A stretch of DNA of 62,249 nucleotides, counting the filler, from Dirinaria sp. TL-2023a (Eukaryota), in assembly GCA_051941275.1 (NCBI GenBank). It is 4 parts of 4 records of this genome, joined end to end, with 100 filler letters (N's around TTAATTAATTAA, not from the genome) between each part and the next. Parts side by side here need not be neighbours in the genome. Positions count along the whole stretch, not along the records: positions 1 to 15,512 come from JAVEBF010000542.1; 3 more parts are not named here. The stretch is one strand, 5' to 3'. Below, piece after piece: positions 1 through 12,997 of this stretch (position 1 is the first letter of the stretch; each line of letters begins with the position of its first letter). The notes under the pieces were generated by a model. The model ran no database searches and was not told where the DNA came from. It was given only the letters and a program-made list of their open reading frames with translations. Position numbers and translations under genes: made by a program.

Positions 1-2110
1 TTGCGGGAGTGTCCGAAGGCACAGCCAGGGTTGGTCCATTGATGACAACTGTGTTGGACGAGATTGAGACTGGTAATCGTCCAACTGTCGTTTTAAAACC
101 ATGACCTGTACCACCATTCGCTCCGGTTCCTCCACGCAAACCACCTTGAGCTCCTTGATCGTTATTGCTTGTAGAGGTTCCTTGGTTACTTGTGTCCTGG
201 AATCCGCTTGCGCTACCTCCTGAATGCGTGCCACCAGAGTTTCCTCCCGGTGATGCAGCTTCATGGCCACTGGGCGTGACTTTATGGGATGTACTTTCTT
301 GACCGGATCCACTTTGGCCAGGGTTACCACCTGCGGCCGAGCTTCCTTGGCCAGAGCCTGATTGACTAGTGTCTCCCGACTCAGGTTCCATTCCGCCAGA
401 ACTCTCACTACCACCACCACTTTGGCCAGAGCCTGATTGACTAGGATTGTTTTGTTTCTTACGCTGAGGTTCGCTTTGAGAGGCGCTTTGAGAACCACCT
501 TGCGATCCTCCTTGACTAGAGCCACTTTGACTGCTACCTTGAGGCTGTCTCTGAGACTCATCTGGCGAAATTCCTTGTGAGCCCTTTTCCTCCGAGCCTC
601 CTAAGCCAGAGCCGCTTTGACTTGAGCCGCGTTGATCGCTGCTGTCGAAACTGCTTCCAGACCCGCGATGTGCGCTTGATTTAGAGCCTTCGTGGTCCGG
701 GCCTTTTTGACTAGAGCCGGCTTGCGAGCTGCTGTGGCCATTGGAGTGAGATGGTTGGCCTTTAAGTGCAGGATTTGACTCAGAAACACCATCACCAGCT
801 GGAGCAGCGGGCGAACCCTGCCCTCCCATGGATACTGAGCCAATCAAGGGCTCAATGATTGACGGACCGACAGTTTTCTTGGGCTGTCTCACTGTCTCAG
901 TCGGCGTCAGGCCGCCACGAACAGTACTGTGAGCAAATGCCACGCGGGCTTGCCAATCGCGGGAAACAAGAAGAACTTCTACAGTCGGAGTGCCGCGGAA
1001 ACTGCCCACAGCACACCCTTGAACATCGCCAGCTCCTTGATACGCCAATTCTCCCGGGACCCCAGGATCAATAGGCCCCGTAGCGTTGGGCACGGAATAT
1101 CTACCTACCTCATTGCCCCTATATGGTTCCAGGAAAGGCACTGGTGCTGTGAAAGTCGACACAGCCATCCTCGAAAGAGATCCAGTCCTGGCTGTGATGT
1201 TCTGGATCTCAAAAATCGAGTAGAGAACATTTGGGGTTGGAAAAACAGCCGTAAATCCATATGTGTGTCCGTTTGTTGTGATGTCTGGCCGTAACACATC
1301 GCTGGGAGCGGCGAATGAAAGCGTTGTGTAGCTGGAACTTGAGACTAGCTGCGTCGAAGTGACTCCAGTTAGGGTGGCCTTATCAATGTATGGAACCTTT
1401 GTGTAATTTGCATCGCCTTGCAGGGAGTTGGTCAGCGTAAGTGTTGGATTGGTAGATCCCGAGACGCTTTTGGTAAAAGTGGAATTGGTGGTCCAAACAG
1501 GATGCCTGGTAGCGCTTAAAATAGATTGATATATCGTTCGTGTAGCCGCAGCACCAAGAGTATATGGTGCTAGAGAACTTTGTTCGATATCAAAGCTGTG
1601 AATATGCCAATAGTAGACCTGGGCACTAACGGCATTGATAGTACAAGACGCCGACGCAGTCCGGTTGGTGGGTAAATCAGAGTTCATATCAGAGGTGGAT
1701 GCGTTTTGAGTAAGATAGTTACCGCCCGTACTAACAGGAAGAGAACTCTTACGGGAGGGAAGAAAGCTGGTCGTGTTAGGATGCAGAATTCCGTTCGGAG
1801 ATGGTAATTCGCTAGGTGTTGGAAGGGAGCCATAACCGCTACGAGGAACTGGGCTCCCTGAAACTGGCTTCGAGGTAGATCGAGTAGCATAAGGGACAGT
1901 TTTACCTATCCCGCTGCGGCTGGGAGATAGTTGGGAAGAAGCAACAGCTGAAGATGATGACACTGAATGATCACTCGATAACGACAGGCTCGATGCGTGG
2001 TCTGCGGCAGATCCAGCTATAGCTGAGGAATTGCCTTGGGAATAGTAGCCCAACTCAGGGCTTGCTAAGACTGCGAATATGAAGTCTGCAAAATCTGTTA
2101 GAATTATCAT
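1..2110 (-). CDS. Ser/Thr/Gly/Gln-rich mucin- or cell-wall-like protein, 3'-partial (runs off window start)
   Basis: Manual translation gives an uninterrupted frame of about 700 codons from ATG 2110 (MIILTDFADFIFAVLASPELG...) to position 1. It has a Ser/Thr-rich part (CTINAVSAQVYYW...) followed by SQSGSGQ-type low-complexity repeats. It is absent from the ORF track because it has no stop in the window. An upstream exon is possible (ctaacag acceptor-like site near 2095). Confidence 0.7.
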   Translation of the reverse strand, partial: MIILTDFADFIFAVLASPELGYYSQGNSSAIAGSAADHASSLSLSSDHSVSSSSAVASSQLSPSRSGIGKTVPYATRSTSKPVSGSPVPRSGYGSLPTPSELPSPNGILHPNTTSFLPSRKSSLPVSTGGNYLTQNASTSDMNSDLPTNRTASASCTINAVSAQVYYWHIHSFDIEQSSLAPYTLGAAATRTIYQSILSATRHPVWTTNSTFTKSVSGSTNPTLTLTNSLQGDANYTKVPYIDKATLTGVTSTQLVSSSSYTTLSFAAPSDVLRPDITTNGHTYGFTAVFPTPNVLYSIFEIQNITARTGSLSRMAVSTFTAPVPFLEPYRGNEVGRYSVPNATGPIDPGVPGELAYQGAGDVQGCAVGSFRGTPTVEVLLVSRDWQARVAFAHSTVRGGLTPTETVRQPKKTVGPSIIEPLIGSVSMGGQGSPAAPAGDGVSESNPALKGQPSHSNGHSSSQAGSSQKGPDHEGSKSSAHRGSGSSFDSSDQRGSSQSGSGLGGSEEKGSQGISPDESQRQPQGSSQSGSSQGGSQGGSQSASQSEPQRKKQNNPSQSGSGQSGGGSESSGGMEPESGDTSQSGSGQGSSAAGGNPGQSGSGQESTSHKVTPSGHEAASPGGNSGGTHSGGSASGFQDTSNQGTSTSNNDQGAQGGLRGGTGANGGTGHGFKTTVGRLPVSISSNTVVINGPTLAVPSDTPA
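347..444. repeat. 23-bp direct repeat TTGGCCAGAGCCTGATTGACTAG (347-369, 422-444) encoding SQSGSGQ
   Basis: Exact copies read directly from the sequence, inside the minus-strand low-complexity CDS. Confidence 0.8.
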
Positions 2111-3426
2111 TCACAAGGTCCCAGAGTATGATGGTGCCGGCGGTTTCCCAATTAAATCTGAAGCAGTGAAGACGACTAAACGAGGTTTTCCCGATGTCAT
2201 GACCCGACTTCTCACGCCAGCACTGCCATCCAGAAATACGGTAGAGTACTTTAGAGCAAAGGACTTTTTCCGGGCGTTCCATGCGAGATGCGACTTACAT
2301 TGAAACCCTATTGCGAAAAAGTTGGCCGCAAAACATAACCGCATCTCTATAAGAGTCTCAATAGGAAAGAAGGGACAGTCAACTGCACGGGATAGCCGCA
2401 GAGACACACTGAATTATGGAGCAAGGCTTTTAGGTATGCGAAAGCGACAGGGGATCAGAAACGAGGGAAAAGCGAAAGACAGTTTCTGAAAGATCAATGC
2501 ATGGCCAGAAGGAAAGTGACCAGGTGAGCTGAAGAGAAGAAAAGAGATCGACTTTTTAGAATTCTAAGGCCCACCTTTTTGCCCGCTTACATATCTACGG
2601 CAGATGCAACGCTGACAGAATCAACCCTGTATGCCCCCATTGTCTCTGTGCGACCCCATATATCATAGGATCTCTCTCCGGGATTGCATGATGACGGTAT
2701 TCACAGCTACTGCACCGTTAACAAGTCAGCATTGCAAAGTACTGATATCCGCACATCCACGCTCGCGCTGTAGTCCTTGGCCCGAGGGTCCAGGAGAAAT
2801 CGTATAAATTCTGTGTTGAGCTAATTGACGGGGATAACGAAAAGGGACACATGTCCGATACGAGGATGTAGATGCCTTGGATGGTGTGGTTGCCTCGTGC
2901 TGAAAACTTCCATCTGGAATGGACCGAGGGACGGGGTTCTTTCGCCAAGAAATAAGCACATTAATTAAGTACTGAATCGCGCGCCTGAAAGCAGCCTCCC
3001 ATCCTCGCATCGTCTTTCTATGCGACCTCAGCAGCCGAGGTTATTGCAGTCTTGTTCCTAGGTATGACTACAATTGTTGTCGGAGGGTGGAGGGTTGAGT
3101 GTGCAATTCCCAGCAATCGAATATAGCAAAATCGCTCTCTAACGTGACCCGCGGTCGTGGCCGTCCTCAACTGACAATTAAAATACATCGTGTCTCCCCA
3201 AGAAGCCACGCCAAAGCCAAAACCTACCGCACATGCACTTGCCCAGTTTGACCGGTAGGGTATAATGTCGTCCTCCGTGGAGGAGGTGAAATCGACGCGC
3301 TAGAAATGCATTCCGCTTCAATGACAGACATGGAAAAAGCTCGAGCAACCGGTGCGTCTATGGCCACTCAACGCCAGACTCGCTGTCGCTCAGGGTATAT
3401 ACAAATGGAAAAAAGAGTATCGTACT

Positions 3427-6400
3427 CTACCGTGACTTCTGCTGCCACCACATTGATCAGTACGGTAATGGCGAGCAGAACATGATCATGGACACTTACC
3501 AAGCTTGCCATCGCCGCAGCCGCAGCCATGTCCGGCTTCCCACTACCGACCCTAGGCGTGACGCGCGGCAGAGCCGAACCACTGACGGTAGCTCCATTCA
3601 ACGTCTTTTTCACTCCAATGTTGCCTTGAAGCCCGTTGACAGTGGATTGACGCTTGGCCGGCAAGGCGGCTTTGATGGGCGAGCTGCTCATGACTTCCTT
3701 GTTCCGAGCCGCTGTGCTGTTCTTCAAACTCGTACTTGGTGGGTCAGGCAATGGACGACCGGCCGCGGATGTATAGGTGGTGGTGTGCCGCTTGATGGGC
3801 GAGCTGTTCGCGGGTTGCAGCAAAGGCCTTGCAACTTTTGATGACGGTTTGATTCCTGTGATGAATTCATGACGGATGGCCTCGTCCGGCTTCAGTCTTC
3901 GTTCCGGATCCCACCGCAGACATCGGGTAATGAAATCGAGGAATGCCTCGTCCTCGCATTTGAGTGCTTGCTGCAGAGTTTTTGAGCTTGGCCGCCGCCT
4001 CTTACCTTTGGATGAAACGGTCAAGCGAGGTTTGCCGAGGGAATCGAAGAAGAGCTTCTTTCGAGTGCTCTTCTCAATGAGGTGCTTCTCAGGAGGGCCA
4101 AACACTTCCATTATGCATGCTAATTGTTCCTGCTCGTTTTCTCCCGGAAAGATAGGATAGCCAGTTAGAAGCTCGGCCAAAATGCAGCCGAGACTCCACA
4201 TGTCGATCGGCATACCATAGGTCATACCTAGGATGACCTCCGGTGATCGATAAAAGCGTGATTGGATGTAGGTGTACACCTTCTCGTTTTCTAGGCAGCT
4301 GGAACCAAAGTCGATGACCTTGATTTCTGAATGTGTGGGATGGGCCAGTAGTACGTTTTCCGGTTTCAAGTCGCAATGGATGACCTTGTGAGCTTTCAAC
4401 AGGACCAAGCTACTCAGCAGTTGTTTTGCAAAGCGTCGGATGAGCTTCAGCGAGAAACCTCGGAAATCGTGACACTTGATAAACTCGTAAAGATTCATGC
4501 CGAGCAGTTCTGTGGAGATGCAGAGATGGCCTCGGAAGTAGAAGCTTTCTGTGAAACTCACCATGCTGTGTTTGTTGCGTGGATCCTAAACAAATTAGAA
4601 AACGGTTTCTAAGACGGAACCTACTTACCCAGTCTCGCAGCCTCTGCAGAATATCAACTTCTACGAGCGCTTGTTGGTGGAAGCGCTTCTTGTTCCTGAT
4701 GATCTTGATCGCCATCAGGCCACCAGTTTTGTGATCAATGCACCTTGCGACTTGGCCAAAACTACCTTTCCCGAGTATATCGATGATCTCGTACCGATAT
4801 GCCAGATGATCACCTGCGATGATGTTGTAGTCCCCTCGCTCATCGTCATATCCAAAATTTGCCCCTTCAGCGTTCAAATCTCCGATGTGCTTGTTGGCGT
4901 CCTGTGTACCGCAAAAATAGACATCGTGGTAGTCAATGATTTCTCCGCGTTCGAAGATATTCAGGTTCGCTGCTCGCAATGCTTGACTAGGCCCTACGCG
5001 TTCCTTTGGTGTCGCTCGCCGGCTTAACGCATCAAGTTCCTTTGCAGCAATTTCGGTGTCCTTGCGCTTCGATGCGAGCTTTCTCATTTCATCTTCAGCA
5101 GATAGATCATCCTTGTCAAGCTGCGAGGTCTTGGTTTCGGTTAAGAACTCCTTCAGGCTGAGGCTACTCTGTGCAGGGCCATTCTCCAGCTGTGCTCTAA
5201 GCGTTCGCTTGGACGTTGGAGTAGCAGCCGCACTCGTAGGCGTTGCCTCGGTCACGGGAGTCCCATGGATATTCCAGATGTTGCTACGACTGCGCCCGTG
5301 CTCGTCGGTCATGCTCGAGTTGGAAGCTTTCCTTCCTGATCGGAACGGATTCTGCTTACGCGTTGGGCTTGGACTTGGCATGAGTGGGCCGTTCCAAGTG
5401 GCCGAAGCTGGCAGTTTCGGTGGCGGCATGTTGTCATATTTGGGTGGTTTTGGAGCTGCTTCCGGCTCTGTATGATTGTCTGCTCTTGAATGAGATTTCG
5501 ACATGCTGCGTTTGCGTGTGAGGCTGAGCTTTCGTCGTAGTGATGTACCGAACAAGGATCCACTCGCTTCTGCCGGGCTTGAGGCATCCACGCTCAACGC
5601 ATCGTCTTTGCTACCTTTTCTCGCCTGCTGCAATCGCGGTCCAGTCAACTTGGGCTGCCTGTTCCCGGACGCTCCCTGCAGGTCACCGGTGGCGCCACTC
5701 CTCTGTCTTAAGTATCCGAAATCTCCGCTTGTCTTGGGCAGGGATGATGAGACAAACGGAGAAATGGATTTTCTCTCCTTTCGTTCGGTAGCGATCGGGA
5801 TATGTGAGCTGGTACTACTAGGCGCTCTGTACGCGGCGGAGTCCGGTCTTACGGTATGGTGCGAGCTACTGCTACGCATTTGCGGCATCCGTGGCGTAGG
5901 ATCTTCATCCCGAAAAGTTCTTGAGAAACTGGCCTTCGACGCAGTCATGGGTGTGGTGGGTGTGATATGTTGGCTAAGCTGAGGGGGAGGCGTTACTGCA
6001 CCTAAACTCATAGATCCTGCTCCATCATACAAAGCTGCGATCTTTGCCGCTGTTGGCGTACTGAGTGGGAGCAAATTTAATGGCGGCAATCGCAAAGGTT
6101 GCAGTGTCCTTCGATTGATGTTGGCGGCGGCGCCAGCTTTCTTCTCAGTGCCAGGATATTCGTCAATGGTAAGACCTCTCCTTTGCCGTCCAACTTCAGC
6201 CTTCGGGATTCCGCTATCAACCCGGGGAGGAGCCAGTCCCTCAGTGTTCGAACTACTCGGCGCGTTGCCGCTATCGAATGGTAAGCTTGTTTTGCGAGCA
6301 GAGAAGAAAGGCTGATCGGTTTCGGTTTTGGGAGATTCGTACGCTTTAGGTATCGCAGGGACAGGTGGCACTTCTTCTTCGCTAGTTGCAGGCGCGTTGT

Positions 6401-8094
6401 CGATTCGAGTTTTCAGTGTCGGCAGTCTAGAGGTCGAGAAACTCTGTGACATCCGGGCAGAACCCCCTAGGTTTATGAAAGAATTGTAGCTGGTACTTGA
6501 GGAATTCGAAATGCCCGAGCTGTAAGATTTGCGATTAATGTCCGGAGTCGTTCGAGAGGAAGTAGGCGTGGTGCTTTTCCGTGGCACAACAGAAGGAGAT
6601 GGGCCCGTATGATGTGCTGTCGAGGGAGGGGTATCTGGATGCGGAGTCGGGGGCGTATATGGCATTGGAGGAAGATTTGGCATCATTGACATTCGTTTCA
6701 GCCTTCGAGCATCTGTGGGGCTGATGGTTCGTGCAGCCAAACCTGTGGCATGCACACTGTTGGGCAAGATCGAGAATCGCTTGTCGGATGAGGGCGTGCC
6801 ATCGTCATTACCTAATCCCCTTGCAGGAGACCTGGCGGAGCCTATTACTGGTGGCATGAACTGGTCCGGAGAGCTCGAGGCAGCAACAGATTGTTCGTGT
6901 CCAAGCCTCGGCGGCGGCAATAAAGACTTGACTTCAGCATTTCTGGTCCTGCCTATACCCGAGCTCTCTTTAAACATGTTGTCAGGCTGGACCATAGCAG
7001 ATTTAACATCTGCTAATGCCCTCCCTGAAATGGCTGAGCCATGAATGTCCTCGAAACTTGGCTGACTTGGCCGGATTGTGCGTACCGGCATCGTTCTTTC
7101 TGCCACATCGGGATACAACAGACCTGGACCAACTGATTGTCTTGGTTGTCGATTTAAGGCGGTGTTACTCTTGGGTGCAGGAAAGCAGCTTTGCCGCCGA
7201 GACTTGGTATTTAAGGGAGCAATGGACAGTGCCATAGGTTCTGCCTGGCCAGCCAGTTGATTTGCACGTCGCGCCGCACTGTTCTGGCGTCTCAAGGAGC
7301 CGTCGCGGGTCAGGGTAGGCCCTCCTCCTCCTGAAGTGGCAGGTTTTCTCGGATGACCCTTCAATCGGACGAAGTCTGTATTCCCATCGTCGCTGTCCCC
7401 GTTAAATGTGGCTGCGTCTGTGCGAGGCACGGAGAATGAGTCGAAACCACGACCGTCTCCCGACAAACTTGCTTGAAGATCGTCGAAGCTGACAGGCGGT
7501 AGGAAATCAGGACCAGCCGTGTCGACCATATGCTGCTTCGTGGGAGGAGCGTTAGACGCAAAGCTGAACCGTGAAGTGCTGTTCATCGACGTTTGCTTCC
7601 TATGCGGACTACCCGGTTCAGTAGCCGATACTGAAGGCGGCTGAGTAAATCGATTCACAGACGCATCATATGCAAACCTGCAGATTAAGTCAATCACTTG
7701 GGTCAGGAAGCACGGAGTTGCCGAACAGACCTCTTCGACGGTGAAGATTGCAGCGGGGCTGAGCCTTGCTGTGCTTTCGGGTCTCTCGTCGATTGTCTTC
7801 TTTGATGGCCGAACAATGGCCTTGCTTCTGTGCTGGTTCTTACGGCATTGGAAGGCTCTGGTCTTCGGATGGGAATGTTTCTTTCAGAAATACTTCTCTG
7901 AAACCTCTTGGCTGCACGGTCTTCAGCTGCAGGACCTGTCAGCAAGCGTTCCGAAACATCCCAATGCAGGCACCCTGTCTGGCGGAATTAAACATACCTC
8001 CTGAACTCGTGTCATCCATGCCAGGCTTGTCAACAGCGTTTGATGCCATTGCCTTTGCATCATTTCCTTTACCCGAAGTTCCAGTGCTAGCCAT
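3427..8094 (-). CDS. pom1: DYRK-family dual-specificity protein kinase (Pom1-like), multi-exon
   Basis: Kinase motifs GKGSFG, AIKII, HCDLKPEN, DFG and the DYRK activation loop YTYIQSRFYRSPE, with DDERGDY (DH box) upstream and a long S/P-rich N-terminus. GT-AG introns near 7936-7997, 7679-7730, 4588-4628 and ~3442-3499. The start and last exon are inferred. Confidence 0.88.
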
Positions 8095-8975
8095 GTCGTG
8101 GACTTAGAGTAGAATCCCAAAAGGTACAGGGTTCCGAGCTCTCCAGGCAATTGACCGGCCTATTACTGCGGTATCTGCTTCGCTCCAGAGTGGGGACATT
8201 GACCAGCCAGCCAGTGGTTGTTGATGCAGCGAAACCTCCCTTACGGACCCAAAAGCGGTTCCATGCTGACTCGCATTTTTGGACGAGCTGGGTCGGAGGA
8301 CGCGAAGAGCTGGAGGATGATGCGGTGATTGACAGCAAATGGAATCTGATAGTCAAGCTGGTAGCGACTGACTCCCTTTCAACAGCCGATGTAGCATGGG
8401 TGTACAGAAGTCTCGCAGGCGTTGAGGGACCTTACGGAGCTGCAAAGAGGTGGTGGATAGAGTAGGTAGTTGGTGCTGTAGTCTGTAGGTAGAATAATAC
8501 CTTGGATTCTACTTAGTTCTCGGCAGTAGCGACAGGGGCAGCAACGGTTGCCGAGCTTGAGCCAAGGGGCGTCCCAGGATTGTTCAATACGGTAGTCTGA
8601 TTACGGTCATTAGATTGGGGTTCAAACTACGGTACATTACGAAATGACGATTGCATCGAGTGAATTTACAAATGACTATCTTAGTAGTACCTAGCTCTGC
8701 ACATCATCACTTGTTATTTTGGCTGCTGGTCCAATCTCCTGTTCCCGGGTAATTTCTCTCTGGTGTCTCTGCAAGGGGTTTCGGTTGGTCAAAGGCACGC
8801 ACGGCTGCTCCCGAGAGGCTCGTGTTCGTTTCCACGTCGATCCAACATCTTTAGGAGCAGGACTGAGGAATGACCACTGAGGATTGCAATCAATGACGTG
8901 TTCATTGCAGCATAAAAACGTCACTCATTGATAACGCCCTGGTCTTCGTATACCGGTGCATTGTTTTCGAACCCG

Positions 8976-10864
8976 ATGGCCGACGCCGACGACAAAGCAA
9001 AAGCGGAGAAGGTCGCAGCGGCCAGGAAGAAGGTACGGAGCATTAATTGGCGGGAGCATCTCTCTTGAACTGAGCCTACAGCTAATTGCGCCTACAGTTC
9101 GAGCAGTTAAAGAAGCAAAAAGAGAAAGCGAAGAAAGGTGGACCGGCAAAGAAGAAGGATGAGGCCTCGGAAGAGAAAGAGGAGTCTGTAGAGACATCTG
9201 AGCAAAACGAAGCTCCCAATGAGGCTTCTGTGCCCGACACCGATCCTGCGTCTGAACATGGCACGCCTGTATCATCCGAAAGCAAACAGGAAGTGCCGGA
9301 AAGCACAAAAGCCCCGGTGGAAGACGCCGCAGAGCCAGCCAAGGCACCATCAACCCCACACAATCGCCAGAAATCTCTGAGTCTCCAATCCAGGATGCGA
9401 TCAGAGTCCTTCCGGCGCACTTCCATCTCCCAGGATCCCGGTTCTCCTTCGCTGAACGGTTCCAAGTCACCTACGTTGCCGATCTTAAGTCCAGAAGGCG
9501 ATACAGTGACTGATATCTATCGCAAACAAGCTACGCGCCTTGACGAGCTCGAGAAAGAGAACCGGCGGCTGGCTCGAGAAGCCTCGGAAGCGGAGGCACG
9601 ATGGAAGAGCATGGAAAACGAGCTGGAAGAGCTTCGCGAATCACGCGGCGAGCTGGCAGAGCTGCGCTCAAAAGCCCAATCTACTTCAGCCAAGGACTCG
9701 GAAATCACTCGGTTAAAGGACGAAAATGCATCCCTCAATCGACAAGTCTCTCAGCTCCAATCCAGCACTTCTAAGCGCCACGCCTCGTCTCCATCACAGC
9801 CAGCATCCAGCAGCCCCTTGTCCTCCCTGCAAGCCCAGCTCGACAGCAAATCCACGACCATCGAATCCATGGAGATGGAAATCTCGACACTCCGCTCCCA
9901 ACTCTCATCCTCCACCGCGGCATCGACCTCGCATACCGAGCAAGTCAGTGCACTTGAAGAAAAGCTCCAACGTGCCGAACGAGCCGCCGGTAGTGCTCAA
10001 CGCGAACTCCTCGATGTACGAAAAAGCCTTGATCGTGCCAGCGAGAAAGCCGTCCGCGATGGCAGCGAGCGTACGAGCAAAGAGACGCAAATCAAGACCC
10101 TTACGCGTGAGGCAGAGGAGTCCCAAAAGGGCGCCGAAGACGCCGCGAAGCGTATAGAGACGCTCGAAAAGAAGCTCTCCGCACTCACGAACGTGCACAA
10201 AGACTCCGACACCCGGCGCCAAGCCTCGGAAAAGCAGCACTCGCTCCTCGAACGCGAAGCCTCGGAGCTGCGACGCAAGTTCGCCAGCCTGGAGAACGAC
10301 AATCTGCGTCTGCGCGAAGAGCGAGACCGGTACCGCCGACGCGACGCCACCGGCGACGACGGCGGCGTGGACGAGCTCGAAGACGAAGAACGCCAGCGCC
10401 TCGAGACCAAGGTCCGCGGCCTGGAAGCCGAGATCTCGGACCTGCGCCGCGGCGTCTGGCGCGAAAAGCGCCGCCAATTGAGCGGATCAGGCCCTACGAG
10501 CCCTGGGGCCGGCAAATTCGACGATATCGATCTCACGGGCCCTGTTGGCGCTTCTTCTTTTGGGGGCCGCAGGCAGAGTATGGCGTCGGGCTTCACGAAT
10601 GCGTTGAGTAATGGCTTCAGTGCTTTTACGGGCGGAGGAGGAGGAGGAGCAGGAGGTAGAAGAGGCAGTGATGCGTTGCTGAGTGATGACGATGGAGAGT
10701 TCGACGAGGAGGCGTTTCGCAAGGCGCAGGAGGAGGAAGGGAGGAAGAGGATTGAGAGGGTGAAGGAGGTTAAGAGGGCGCTGAAGGAGTGGGAAGGGTG
10801 GAGGATGGATTTGGTGGATGTCAGGGTCGGCGTTGGGGGGTTGGGAGATGTATTTGATGTGTAG
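8976..10864 (+). CDS. Conserved fungal coiled-coil protein (golgin/Bug1-like N-terminus)
   Basis: Exon 1 MADADDKAKAEKVAAARKK, an intron (~9033-9097), then FEQLKKQKEK... and a long heptad-rich E/R/K/L region. Confidence 0.8.
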
Positions 10865-11551
10865 AGATGATGCTGCTATCAATTTATCTTTGCCCCGTTT
10901 TGCAAAAAAGATCTAAGCAGTGTGTGCTGTGGGGTCAGGCAAAAAATGTCAAGGTGGATGGATTCTCTTCTGTTTCCTATTTATTTATCTCCCTGTATTT
11001 ATCTCCCTGTACATTCCCTATACCATTTCTCGAAAAATTAAAGTACCTACCTACCTACATTACCTAGGGGAATAATTTCTGATCCTCGACTAAAGTAAGG
11101 TACATGATTCTATCTATCACTTTTCATGAACGTATGATACCCCCTCAGAGAAACGAAGTTTTCTCGGGCTAATGAAATGAAATGAAGGAAATACCTTGGA
11201 TATAGATATGTGATTGTGACGACGGAGGCATATATGCTGGGAATAAGAAGAGAGATACGGGTACGAGTGGTGTTTTCTTGGGTAAGGAGAGGGCTGGGAG
11301 GGAGGTTGGTGAATGGAGTGGGGCAAGTGGAAGGAAGAGTACAGAGGAAGCCATATAGAAAATGTCTTGTTTTTTTTTTTCCGATATCACGCAGGCTTAG
11401 TGGTCTGGTAAGAAGTTTTATAAATAGCTATGGGAAAAATCATGTACATGTATGTGGCTTTCCAGGAAACTCCCATCGCTATGCATGCGTTGATAAGACT
11501 TTATTTTTGGGATTTTGGGATTTTTTTTGCGAAAAGGGCGCTGTGGTCATG

Positions 11552-12678
11552 TCATTGGAGCATGTGGCCCATTTTATTGATCTGTGAGGAAACGTTAATC
11601 TCTTGATAGAAGAGAAAAGAGAGAGAGAAAGAAACCATACCTTCGTCCTCAAATACCCTTCAATCTCCTCACTCCGGATGCCCTTATTCGACCCCTTCTT
11701 CCACGCCAGCGGCACCATAGCCACCCTCTCCCTGACCCTAACCTCGCGATTCAAGCCCTCCACCGCCCGGACTTTATCCGGATTATTTGTCAACAACCTT
11801 ATTCCCCCCTCCCCTCCCAACCCCAGATCCAAAAGCATCGCCGTCGCCATACCATAGCTCCTCGCATCCGCAGGGTGTCGAAGCAAGAGATTCGCTTCCA
11901 CGGTATCAGACCCGAGATCCTGGAGGTTGTACGCCTTCAATTTCTCGCCGAGCCCGATGCCCCGCCCTTCCTGCCGCAGGTATATGATGACCCCGCCGTT
12001 CGAGGAAGGGAGCGACATCAGTCGCGCCGCTTCGTCCAATTGCTCCCCGCAGTCGCACCGCGCGGACCATGCCGTTTCCCCCGTGTAGCATTCCGAATGG
12101 ATCCGTACCAGCGGCGGCGCAGCTATCATCCCTCCATCCGAAGATGTAGCCGTCGGCGGAGTATAGTTACCATGCTGCTGTGGGTCCATCCGGCTCGATG
12201 TCCGCCCCGCATATAACCTCCCCGTGTAAGCCCCACGGATCATCCGATCCTGCTCCGTCTCGCCCGGGCGCGCGGCGTGCAGGGAACGCGATTTGATCTC
12301 CTCCCCGAACACGATCGCCAGGTGCTCTTTCGCATCGACGTTGTTCTGGTACAGATGCAGGAACATTTCCGCCCCCGTCACGGTCGGGATCCGCGCCCGC
12401 ACGATGCATTCCACCTCCGGCAGAGTGGAGAGTAGTTTGGGACGTTTCTGGAACGCGGTGTTCACGGGCACGGATTTGGGTTCGTGGGACTGGGAGGGGG
12501 TGTTGCTGCCTGGGGTCGAGGGTGGGGTGAAGGCCGGGCTGATGAAGGTTCCCGGCGGCGGGGAGGAGGGGCGGCTGTTGCTGTTGTCATTGTCGAGGTC
12601 ATAGTGTGGGATTGCTCCTCTGGTGAGGAATTGGTGAGGTGGGTAGGCGGGTGAAGCATGCGAGGGAAGGTCTTGCAT
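11552..12678 (-). CDS. RIB1: GTP cyclohydrolase II (riboflavin biosynthesis)
   Basis: Motifs [39 protein letters not shown] and LLTNNPDK. A terminal intron gives ...[14 protein letters not shown]. Confidence 0.93.
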
Positions 12679-12997
12679 TGCGTGGGTGGAGAGATCGGAG
12701 TGGTGGCATATTTGCGGTCTGTCATGCTGAGGGCTGTGGGAGTCTCCGGCTTCTGTGACTTGCTGCGGAACCGGAGTTCTTTGCCGGTGTTTTTTTTTAG
12801 TCTCCGGGCGGCTGAGGAAGATCAAACCTTTCAGGGCTGGTGCTGAGTCAGAATTCTGGTAATGAATGACAATGCGGAATTCATCGACTTGCTGGTCTTC
12901 TGGCTTTGGTGATTTGCAATCGTTTTGATTCTGTGTTGTATACTACGTAAGTTGTTTCTATGAAGTCGCTACTCCAGCTAAAAGATAGAATGCTAGT

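Noticed and set aside
9082..10882. Long antisense ORFs over the coiled-coil gene (and similar ones over the PKS, kinase and DOM34)
   Set aside because: These are shadow ORFs caused by GC-rich codon bias of the real sense genes.
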